Shown here: positions 17,815 to 27,800 of the stretch, in pieces | Layout: every line of letters begins with the position of its first letter | Position numbering within the stretch: position 1 is the first letter of the stretch | Origin: Deinococcales bacterium | GTDB lineage: Bacteria; Deinococcota; Deinococci; Deinococcales; JAAFIG01 | Reading direction: 5' to 3' | Length of the DNA stretch: 33,482 nucleotides | NCBI GenBank assembly: GCA_043778225.1 | Contig: JAYWGM010000034.1 | Location: 1 to 33,482, forward strand | The notes under the pieces: model-generated | Told to the model about the DNA's origin: nothing | Seen by the model: the letters and a program-made list of their open reading frames with translations, nothing else | The model's database searches: none | Program-made: the position numbers and the translations under genes

Positions 17815-19241
17815 TTTGGCGGTACTCCAGTAACTGGTTTTTTGACCGGCACGGGTTTACCAAGGTACTCGAGAATCCCATACGCAATCGCTTCGGCACG
17901 TTGTACACTTTCGTCGGCATTTTGTAAAATTAAGCGGTCGGCTTGGCTCGATAAATACCCCAGTTCTAAAACCACGGCTGCCTTGGGAGCGCGTTCTAAA
18001 GCCGTATGGCTGGTCAGGCTCGAGACCCGCGCTGCCCCTTGTGGCACACTCAGGATTCTGGCACTGATGGTGTCGGCAAGGCGCTGTGAAGCTGCTCTAG
18101 GGGCAAGAAAACGCGCCAAGAGTTTTCGGTCACGCTCCGATTTTGGGTTCTCGAGCGCACTTCGCCCAGCCTCGAGAATTCCTTCGGCGGGTGCGTCTGG
18201 CGATAGATAAAAGATTTCTGCGCCGTTCAAACTGGTTTGCGGCATACTCGAGAGGTGCAAAGAGACAAAAACATCGGCTTTAACCGAGAGGGCTTGGCGT
18301 TGCTGGTTAGAAACGGTCTGGTCGCCTTCGCGGGTGTATTTCATGGCAATGCCACGTGGCGCTAAAAATGCTGCAATGCGCCGTGCCATGGATAAGGTAA
18401 TGTCTTTTTCGCGCAGACCACCCGATACAATTCCAAGGTCGTTGCCACCATGTCCGGGGTCGAGAACCACAATACTTGGGCGTGCCTCGAGTGCCACCGC
18501 CAAACGACCAAAGCGTGGACCGACATCAATAATCACGCGAGCCGGAATACTTGGCGCAGCCGCCACTGCAAAGGCGTTAAAACCATAATCGGGTTTGAGC
18601 TTAATTCTGACCTCGAGCTTTTGAGCGTTTTGTTTGACTTCAAAAATATCCACAAATTTGCCGCCAACTTGGTACGGTGCGGCATCGCCAGTTGTAAAAC
18701 GCAAGGTCACAATCAACTCGTTTTTTTCAATTCGTCCCGCAAAGCTAACGTCGCGGTCTACCTCGAGAACGATGCGGTCAGATTGGTCGGTTTTATCGCT
18801 CGAGACGGTCGTCAAACGGGCTTGTGGCATACCCACCAGATAGCGACCACCAGACTCTGCAAAACTCGCACCAGCCGCTTCGGCAACGGTGCGAACTGGA
18901 ATCAGCAACTTGCCTGTGCTGCTTAAACCGGCGGCGGGCGATTTTTGTTTGATACCATTGACTTCTACACCATTGGTCCAACGGGTCGAGGCTTCACTGG
19001 CATTGTCGGCAAGTGCGAGGCGAATAATTTTGCCACCTTGGGTTAAAATCACGGCTTCGTTGGTGACTGTGTACTCGAGTCCAAGGGCAGCCGCAACCTC
19101 GAGTCCAGAATAGGCAAAACCATTGTACATCAAGGCTTTGTAGTTACTGCCCAACACTTGCAAATCTCGAGACTGGACACTTTGACCAAGTGCCAACCAA
19201 GCCGTTGTCAGCAATAAGCCAAGCCAAATAAAGCGCTTCAT
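17811..19241 (-). CDS. N-acetylmuramoyl-L-alanine amidase (Amidase_3) with signal peptide
   Basis: Motifs VVLDPGHGG.D, EKDITL, ADVFVSLH and AVVLELGYLS. The likely start is ATG 19241 (MKRFIW) after GGAG, since the longer track ORF overlaps smpB. Confidence 0.88.
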   Translation of the reverse strand: MKRFIWLGLLLTTAWLALGQSVQSRDLQVLGSNYKALMYNGFAYSGLEVAAALGLEYTVTNEAVILTQGGKIIRLALADNASEASTRWTNGVEVNGIKQKSPAAGLSSTGKLLIPVRTVAEAAGASFAESGGRYLVGMPQARLTTVSSDKTDQSDRIVLEVDRDVSFAGRIEKNELIVTLRFTTGDAAPYQVGGKFVDIFEVKQNAQKLEVRIKLKPDYGFNAFAVAAAPSIPARVIIDVGPRFGRLAVALEARPSIVVLDPGHGGNDLGIVSGGLREKDITLSMARRIAAFLAPRGIAMKYTREGDQTVSNQQRQALSVKADVFVSLHLSSMPQTSLNGAEIFYLSPDAPAEGILEAGRSALENPKSERDRKLLARFLAPRAASQRLADTISARILSVPQGAARVSSLTSHTALERAPKAAVVLELGYLSSQADRLILQNADESVQRAEAIAYGILEYLGKPVPVKKPVTGVPPK

Positions 19242-19280
19242 TGGTACATCTCCACGTGGCGCTTCATCGGTACATCTCCA
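19233..19280. repeat. 22-bp direct duplication (21/22 identical, period 26) at smpB-amidase junction
   Basis: GCGCTTCATTGGTACATCTCCA (19233-19254) and GCGCTTCATCGGTACATCTCCA (19259-19280). Confidence 0.9.
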
Positions 19281-19689
19281 TCTCACGTTTGGCGGTTTTG
19301 GTTTTCTCAGCTTCACGTTTGTCGTGCAGTTTTTTGCCTCGAGCCAGCGCAATCTCGAGTTTTATTCGTCCATTCACAAAATACAATTTGACCGGCACGA
19401 TCGTTAAGCCTTTACGAGTCACCGAACCAAATAAATCGGTCAGTTCTTTGCGGTGCAGCAATAATTTGCGTTTGCGACGTGCTTCGTGATTGTTGTACGA
19501 AGCCTTGCCGTAAGGCGGAATATACAAATTTTCTAAAAACAGCTCATTGCCTTCAAATCGCGCATAGGAATCGCGGAAATCCACCCCGCCGCCACGCATT
19601 GATTTAATTTCTGTGCCACGCAACTCGACCCCTGCTTCAAAGCGGTCAAGCAATTCAAATTCAAAACGAGCGCGGCGGTTCTCGAACAT
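19264..19689 (-). CDS. smpB: SsrA-binding protein
   Basis: Motifs NRRARF, EAGVEL.GTEIKS.R, RKRKLLLHRKE and LARGKKLHDKRE. Confidence 0.98.
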   Translation of the reverse strand: MFENRRARFEFELLDRFEAGVELRGTEIKSMRGGGVDFRDSYARFEGNELFLENLYIPPYGKASYNNHEARRKRKLLLHRKELTDLFGSVTRKGLTIVPVKLYFVNGRIKLEIALARGKKLHDKREAEKTKTAKREMEMYR

Positions 19690-19695
19690 TTTTTA

Positions 19696-19701
19696 ATTGT
19701 A
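19696..19701 (-). promoter_or_regulatory. -10 box of leaderless smpB promoter
   Basis: The minus strand reads TACAAT TAAAAA ATG. Confidence 0.7.
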
Positions 19702-19742
19702 CCTAAGCCAAATGAGGACTGTGAAACTATGGTACACCACGA

Positions 19743-19805
19743 CCTATGTCAGCCTAGTAGACTGCACCCTATGTTCGCCTAGTATACTGCACCCTATGTT
19801 CGCCT
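19743..19805 (+). repeat. 25-bp tandem repeat (about 2.5 copies) containing -10 box plus ATG
   Basis: CCTATGTCAGCCTAGTAGACTGCAC / CCTATGTTCGCCTAGTATACTGCAC / CCTATGTTCGCCT. Confidence 0.9.
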
Positions 19806-21052
19806 CACGTCCGCAAGCATCACCAAATGTCTTTGGTTGGTACGCGGTTGGCAGCTTCTCGAGCCTCAGCCTTGGCTTGGCTGCTGCCCTCAATTTTTTA
19901 GACAGCAGCCTTGCTTTATTTTTGATTCCCGCGAGTGCTTTGGCGGTTTTGAGCCTTGTCTGGTTGGTGGCTCGCTTGACTGGGCAAATCTGGGCAGTCT
20001 CGAGCAGTCTAGGTTTGTTGGTCTCGAGTCTGCTGGCGGTGCTGCTTGGTGCTTGGGGGTGGTTGCTGCCGGGCTTAGTGGCGTTTATGAGTTTGCTGCC
20101 TTTATTGGCACGGGCTGGAGATTTACCACGCGGTTCAGAAGCCGACCTGTGGGGCTGGATTTTTGTTTTTCCGGCGGTTTTTTTACTGATTGTCTGGCAT
20201 TTTGCCCCAGCCTTGTATGCTTTGGTTTTATCGTTCCTCAAAGATTTTAATTTCTTAAAACCGCCAGAATTTGCTGGACTTGAGAACTACACTGCCCTGC
20301 TCCGCGACCCCGTTTTTTGGCAGAGCCTACTCAATAGTTTTTGGTATGTGGTTGGCACAGTCCCAATTGGAATTTTTATCGCCACCATCACAGCCATTTT
20401 GCTGAACGAGAAAGTTCGTGGCTTGCCAATTTTTCGCACCCTCTATTTTTTGCCCTATGTCACGGCTTTAACGGCAGCCGCCGCCGTCTGGAAATGGATT
20501 TACAACCCAGAATTTGGCTTATTGAATGCTGCACTTGGCACAAAAATCGCGTGGCTTGATAACCCCAACGGTATTTTTGCGCTTTTAACTGGTCTCGAGT
20601 TACCACAATGGGCAGCCGGACCAAGTGTGGCATTGTGTTCGATTATGGTCATGAGTGTCTGGCATCATTTGGGTTATAGCGTTGTGATTTTATTGGCTGG
20701 CTTACAAACCATTCCGCCCGAATACTACGAAGCCGCCAGTTTAGATGGGGCAACGTGGTGGGATAAAGTTCGCCATATTACTTTTCCGCTACTTTCTGCC
20801 ACAACTTTCTTTTTGGCAATTACGGGCTTAATTGGCGCATTTCAGGTTTTTACGCAAATTCTGGTGCTTACGCCAGATGGTGGGCAACTCAAAGACACCA
20901 CTACGATTGTCAAATACCTTTACGACAAGGGTTTTCGTGACAGCAACTACAGCTATGCCAGCGCGATGGCGTTTGCGCTGTTTGTGATTGTCTTTGTGGT
21001 CACGTTGGTGCAGAACCGAATTTTAAGTCAGCGCGTGACTTACGATATTTAG
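19796..21052 (+). CDS. Carbohydrate ABC transporter permease (MalF/UgpA-like) with N-terminal hydrophobic extension
   Basis: GLENY..L..DP.FW, FRTLYFLP, EAA loop (YYEAASLDGA) and YSYASAMA. Start ATG 19796 lies 7 nt after TATACT. Confidence 0.9.
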   Translation: MFASRPQASPNVFGWYAVGSFSSLSLGLAAALNFLDSSLALFLIPASALAVLSLVWLVARLTGQIWAVSSSLGLLVSSLLAVLLGAWGWLLPGLVAFMSLLPLLARAGDLPRGSEADLWGWIFVFPAVFLLIVWHFAPALYALVLSFLKDFNFLKPPEFAGLENYTALLRDPVFWQSLLNSFWYVVGTVPIGIFIATITAILLNEKVRGLPIFRTLYFLPYVTALTAAAAVWKWIYNPEFGLLNAALGTKIAWLDNPNGIFALLTGLELPQWAAGPSVALCSIMVMSVWHHLGYSVVILLAGLQTIPPEYYEAASLDGATWWDKVRHITFPLLSATTFFLAITGLIGAFQVFTQILVLTPDGGQLKDTTTIVKYLYDKGFRDSNYSYASAMAFALFVIVFVVTLVQNRILSQRVTYDI

Positions 21053-21054
21053 AG

Positions 21055-21837
21055 TCAGGGTTTTTTGAGGGTATAAACCTCTCTTTGATTCAAGTTTTTC
21101 ATTGGTATAATTTTAGATCGAGTTCCTAAAGCAATATCCAATGCAATAAGACTATCTGACGAGTTAGATACTGTTGGTATGGCTGGATTGTCCACAACGG
21201 TATTTAAAGTTGTCGCAACCACCACCACAAAGTAGGCGCGACTTGGATTGAGAACATCGACTGGAATCTCCACAGTATTTCCCAAGGTATAAATTGTACT
21301 TGAGACCACTTGATTGATAGAGGCATCAAGAACTCGAGCATAATAGCCAATTGCACCCATGACAGGCAGCCAATTTACCCTGACTTTTTGGAAGTTATTC
21401 TCATTGACATAAGCGGTTGTACCTGTGGTTAAAGGCAAACGATTATTTGAATCTATAATTTGGAAATTTGACTCGAGTTGTTCCCCATCAATGACCAGAC
21501 GCACCACATACTGACCCACAACCAAGGGAATTTTTGCCTGTGGCGCACTTACCCAAGAACTACCTGCGGGATACGAAAAGAAAATAGGCTGACCATTATT
21601 CCATGTCTTCGGACCCATAAAAGTTACCTGTCCGTTTGTAATCGGCAGTTTACCTTGCAAGGTACGAAGTTTTACGACAATGTTTGTACCCATGCTTGTT
21701 TCTGGTTGTCCCACATTAGTTTGTTGGACATAAGAACCTCCAGCGACCTCGAGCGTGTATTTTGATGGTACTGGTGGACAACCCACCAGTACCAAACTGA
21801 GTAAAAGGGAAATAATCAACCCTAGCTTCTTTTTCAT
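21055..21837 (-). CDS. Lipoprotein of unknown function (beta-sandwich/FN3-like C-terminal part)
   Basis: Lipobox signal MKKKLGLIISLLLSLVLVGC. VNW.PV.GA.GY pattern. ATGA overlap with the giant gene. Confidence 0.8.
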   Translation of the reverse strand: MKKKLGLIISLLLSLVLVGCPPVPSKYTLEVAGGSYVQQTNVGQPETSMGTNIVVKLRTLQGKLPITNGQVTFMGPKTWNNGQPIFFSYPAGSSWVSAPQAKIPLVVGQYVVRLVIDGEQLESNFQIIDSNNRLPLTTGTTAYVNENNFQKVRVNWLPVMGAIGYYARVLDASINQVVSSTIYTLGNTVEIPVDVLNPSRAYFVVVVATTLNTVVDNPAIPTVSNSSDSLIALDIALGTRSKIIPMKNLNQREVYTLKKP

Positions 21838-24800
21838 TGCTTCCCATCCCTTAAATACGTGTCAACTTCTTCGTGAAGCCTAGGGTTTGACAAAACAGAA
21901 GCATTTTGTTGAGTTTGACTGGTCAATTTTGGCTCTGGCAATTGGACACTAAAATGATCAATTATACTTTGTGTGGCAGTCGCATAGAGTGTTGCTCCTG
22001 TACCTCTGGATGTATTTTCCGAGTCACGTCCTGATTTTGCCCAGAAGGTATTAGCTAAACCTGCGTTGCCTGAATTTAGGGCATATAAACGAACACCGTT
22101 ACCAGAGTATCCGTTATAACTCGAGATAAGTACAGTACCGTTGGACAGAAGGGCTGGATCGTAAAGGCTCGAGGTGGCTGATCTAAACTGCCAACGAATG
22201 CTTCCGTCTTGTGCAATGGCTAAGAGTTTTCCACCAGAGATTAAGAACGTTGTGCCATCAGAAGCAAGGACAAGTGATTCGCCATTATTTGGCAGAGTGG
22301 TACTGGTCATTAATGTACCTGTACTGGAGACGGTATAAAGCTGTGTACCAGCTACTCGAATTGACCCACCAGCCAAGATAACCAAATTGCTTAGTTGTTC
22401 ATCTGGGAAATTCAGTGTCCATGCTTGAACCCCATTTGGATTGAAGGCGTAAATCCTTGATCCTGTAGTGAGATAGATTTGGTTGTTGATACCAACCACA
22501 GGCTCATGAATACATTGCATTTCCAACTCTTTTTGCCAAAGCATTGTACCTGTTGCACTGATGGTATCGAGGTAACAACGACCTCCACCTGAGTATTGCC
22601 AATGACTAAAGTAGATTGTGCCATCACTTGATGTTGAGAGTGCTCCACTATTTGCATAAATACTTTGTTGCCAGATTTCAATACCATTGGCGTTAAAGTA
22701 TCGTAAGTTGCTTCCATTATGGACAACCACTGCCCCGTTTGCTGCTAAAGCCATTGGCATGGTGCTAATTTGATAACCAATGCTTTGTTCCCAAAGTTTT
22801 GTGCCAGTTTTACTAAATGCCATGAGCATAGATTCGGAGTAATAATTTTCTTTAATAACACTGATATATAAGCGATTCTCTGATGTTAGGATAATATTTT
22901 TTACATACCCACCAACTGATTTGCGCCAACGTTGTGTACCATCAGCTGCGAATGCCACAATTTCATCCATATTTCCAGCGTACCAACTGCCGTCTTGTGC
23001 AATGGCAACCGAAGTGCCAACATCATTGAAGGCTTGTTTTGCTGCACCTAGTAGCTGTTTATCCAAAACCAGATTGCTGATTTGGCTTGAGACTTGATTT
23101 TGTATAATTGGTGCATTAAAGACTTTTGAATCAGAATTCAGGTCGTCTGAAGCAGTAACTTCCATTCGTGCTTCTGCTAGGGTATTAGACTGTTCTGAAA
23201 GTAAGAAGTATGCTTCGTAGTAGCCAGTAGAATTGGTTACTAATGAGTTATAAAAGTATCCGCCGATGTTGACTTTGGCATTTGCGATTGCTAGACCAGA
23301 ACCATCACGCACATATCCACTTAGTTTTATGGTTGTGATGGGTATTGCAATTTGGGTGTTGACTCGAGAAGTCGTATTAACCGAACCAGAAGGGGAAATT
23401 AGGCTAATCGTCTTTGAGCCATAGGTGGATGTAACTTCTGCTGTGGCATTAAAACCCGAGAGTTGGTTTACCATTGCTGTACAAATATATTGTCCGTTGG
23501 AACTTTCGTCTTGACACAAAAGTTGCCCGTCCATATCTTTGATTTTTACGGTGGCAGGAATGGAGGATGTTGGTTGGTATTCATTAAAAATCGTGCCGCT
23601 AAATTCAATTAGGCGGTATGAGCCAGCCTTTGGTGTTGCTTGATTACTATTTTGGTTGTTTCGTGCGAATTTTGCCCAATCAGAAACTGCTAAACCTTGA
23701 GATAAAGACTTTACTGCAATTACAGCGCCTAGATTATTTGAGCGATTCCAAGTACCAACATACAAAGTACCGTCATTACCAAGTACAAAATTCTCGAGTG
23801 ACAAAGAATTATCGTAAAACCATCGCACAGCCCCATTTTCAATGGCGTACAATCTACCAGTGTTTGTGGCTGCGTAAATCCAACCATCTGCCCCAACTGC
23901 AAGGGCTTGAACATTTCCGTTGGTAGTTACTTGCCATTGAAGCTGATCGCCTTGTTGAGTTTTACTTATTGCACTGATATTACTTTGGTTATAATAGTAA
24001 GCACTGTCGCTGGCTGTGATAATCCAACCATTTGCAGTAATAACAGGGGAAACTCTTGTTGAACTAAAGAATACTTCATTGTTGGCATTAACAGCTACGC
24101 TACCAACTGAATTTGATGATGTGCGTAACGAGCCATCGTAATTGTAAATAAATACTTGGTTACTTTGGTTGGTCGCATAGATTGTTCCATCTGCGCCAAT
24201 AACAGGGGCATAACCACCACTTGGGAAATCCACTGCCCAGCGTTGACTACCCGTGCCGGTAAGAGAAAAAAGCTGAGTTGCGGTGGTGAAAAAAAGTGTT
24301 CCAGCTGAACCGATAGCTGGGGCAGAGGCAGGATAACCTGTAGTAAATGTCCAACTGCTTGAGCCATTGGCATTAAATGCTCTAAGCGCCCCATTGTTAT
24401 AACCACCAGTACCAACGTAGATAATGCCACTTGGATCAACCGATAAACCTGTTGCGGGTGAGTTTAAGCTAACATTCCAACGTTCAGAACCATCTGCATT
24501 TAAGGCAAATAACTTACCACCAGAATTTTCATTGACCAGCGCGTACAAAACACCATCTGGTGATAAAGCTGTTCCCACAACAGGTCCGGCTCGATTCAAA
24601 GTCCAACGGGCTGAACCAGGTGCATTGGCATCAAGGGTGAAGTTAATGGTCTTCTGGTTCAAAACACCATTCGTTAAAGCCAGCACATGGTCATTGGCAC
24701 TAGAAAGCGTGCCACTCGAGGCTCGGACTGTCCAAGTTGCACTTGTTTTTTCTATCGGGAAACGCTTTTCGATGAAATAGCTACCTGTGGTACTGGCAAC

Positions 24801-27800
24801 GAGGGTGGCACTGACATCACCAGAAATCACCACATTGGCATTGGCAACAGGTTGTCCTACATCATTGGTAACGACACCAGATATTTTTAGGGTAGTGACT
24901 GAAATACCTAAATTCTGAGTGATTTGTTGAACTGTTCCAACACCACCAGATGCAATGGCTACTGAGGCACTGGTTTCGCCAAATCCACCTATGGCTTTTG
25001 CTGTTGCTTGAATCCCACCAAATTCAGTTGTGGGAGCGCTACAACTATACTGCCCTGTGGTATCTGTCCATGTCGAACAGAGTGTTTTGCCAGCACTATC
25101 TTGAATTTTGACCTGATAATCTGGTAAGCCAGACTGAGCTTGATTGACATTCCTGACCACACCCACAAATCGAATCATTCGTTGCGAGACATTGATAGCA
25201 GGCATGGCACTATTGTTCTGATTATTTCCCGAATCACTAATTGCCCATGAGGAGGTCGCCAAGCCGACATTACTGGCATTAAGCGCAATTAACTTCCCAT
25301 TAGCAAGTGTTGTGTAAATAACACCACTTGGGCTTAGGGTCGAAGCAGAAGCATTATATTCTGGGTATGTCCAAGCCGAAAGCGTTCCGTCAGCTTGTAC
25401 TGCCTTAATGAAAAAACTTCCTTGTATTAAAAGTGACCTGTCCGATGTGATTAACATGGACTGAAGGCGATCATTTACAGGTAGAGTATACCTTTTGACA
25501 ATCTGACCACTTGAATTGTATTTGATAACTTCGTTCGTTCCATAGCGGGTAGTTAAGAAAATAGACCCGTCACTATCAATAATAGCTAAGTTGCCCCCAC
25601 CCTCTTGGGCTGTCCATAAATCATCGCCATTTGAAGCTCGAGCAGTTAAAAGACCTGAATTTGGATCTGTAAAGAACAACCGAGAATCTGAACCGATGCC
25701 AAGCAAAACAGGTTGACCATACGAATTTAAGAACTTATCGTGCCAACGTGTTGAACCATCTGGATTGACCGCTCGAAGTCCGTCTTTAAGCACAACATAT
25801 ACCGTCCCATCTGGTGCAACAATGGGTTTTGTTGGCGCAAAAGCCCTATTGGTTACTTGTCCAGATTGAACAACCCATTCTACTTGACCTGATGAATTAA
25901 ACGCCTCGAGCTTGGACCCATCACCAGAAACTGCACTACTCACGGCATAGACCACGCCCGATGGTACGATGGTGAAATGATAATCATAAGCGGTACTCAA
26001 AGTAATCGTTCGTAAAAACTGCCCCGATTGAGAAAAGTGAAACAATGCAGGTTGATTAGCAAGACTACCAAAGACATACACACTTTGGTCAAAAGCAACC
26101 AATGGTGATCTTCTATCCAACTGCCCTGTTGCTGGAGAGGTTTCCCATTGCTTTTGACCCGGTTCGTTATAAGCTATCAACTTGCCACTGGCAACCAAGT
26201 AAACAAGCCCATTTGTACCTAAAACTGGGTTAGAGACGTTTGACGGATCAAGCGGGATAGACCAACGAACTGTCCCAAGTTCTGTGTTGACCAACATAAC
26301 ATCTTTAACGACAACATTAGGTCCTAGTGCTTGAAGTGGGGAAGCAACATTGGTATTGAATGTATTGACACCATCCGTGACTTTCACCTTTACTTCAACA
26401 CTGTTTTGAGAAGATAACATTGTCAGTACAGCCGTGTACTTGCCATCTATATCGGTTTCTAGGTTTGTAAACGAGAATTCTGTGGGGGTGGTAGCAAACT
26501 TCAATTCAACTCGAGCTTTATTAACCACTTGACCATCGGCTTGTTTAACCACACCAGAAATCCGCAGATTGGTGTACGGCATTTTGGTTATCACACGCGG
26601 TAATGCAGTTACAACACCTGTAGGGATAATAAAGGTTTGCTCCTCGAGTAAGACATTGGCAAACAACCCAGCACCAGGATTGAACTGAATTCTGCCAAGA
26701 CCCTTACCTGTTGTCGCCCCCATCGGTAAGACCATATTTACAGTGTACTGCCCTTGTGCATCAGTATAGGTTTTTTGCAGGATTCCAGAGATAACCACCT
26801 CAGCATTGGTCAAGGCTCGCCCAGTTTGATCGGTTACTAAACCACCAAATTGAACAATGGTTGGTGTAATCGCAACATTCTTTTCAAGCTGCGTGGCTTG
26901 GGGGTTAGCCGGAATAATATCAAAACTCTGCTGTGTTGCCGCACTGACCAATTCACCACCAAGCAAAACTCGGTACTCGAGATCAAGTTTTGAACGGCGA
27001 GCAATACGCTTGGTTGGGCAGTAATAACCACCAAGCGAAGTGACATCAGTTGTGCATAAAATGCCGACATCCTCAGATGAACCCTGCCCTGAGATAACCA
27101 ATTTCAGCCCAGAGGCATTAATAGTGTTATTGCTTGTAATTTGACCAGTTAAATAAACCTCATCACTATCTAAGTTCACACTTAAAGCCAAGTTCTTTGG
27201 TATTTCAAGGGCTGTTCCAACAGCAGGACTGGTAAAATTAACTGTGGCAGTAGCCGAGGCTTCTAAGGTCAGCGGCGGTGGCGCACGGTAGAAGGTACTG
27301 AGTTGAATAGTTCCAGAGGTTTGGGTAGCAAGTAAGGCAATGGGAAGACTGTACATACCTTTAGCATTGGCAACCGCAGAAAATAAATCCGAACCAATCT
27401 GGGCGTTAATGACCACATTTGGCAGGGCTAAACCTTGTGCATCGGTGGCTTGACCAACTACTTTTAAGGTGGTTGGGGAAACCGCAAAGTCTCGAGTTAC
27501 GGCAGGACGAATTGAAGTTCCTTCGGCTGGGTTGACATCAACACCCGTTATGGTTGCCACACCACGCTCTGAGACAGTGTACTCAACCTTAAATGGCTCA
27601 AGGGTAATCAGAGGATAATCACAAGAATACAAACCCTGTACATTGGTTGTGGTGATACAAATTGGAATGTTGGTTGGGGTTAAACGCTTAATCACCACTT
27701 TGGCATAGGGGACTGGTGCATTATCCGCCAATTGATTAGAAACTTTACCTGTAAAAACCAGTGTGCGTTGTTCAACCACCAAGTCCTGAACTTGTACCAA

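Noticed and set aside
19000..19750. tmRNA or tRNA gene near smpB
   Set aside because: There is no intergenic space or tRNA-like sequence, and I recognised no RNA genes anywhere in the window.
19743..19805. Possible CRISPR mini-array
   Set aside because: The units are directly tandem with no unique spacers, and there are no cas genes in the window.
192..21052. CTCGAG excess as a cloning or assembly artefact (XhoI sites)
   Set aside because: The sites lie inside intact, conserved reading frames in all three phases and vary by gene class, which artefacts would not produce.
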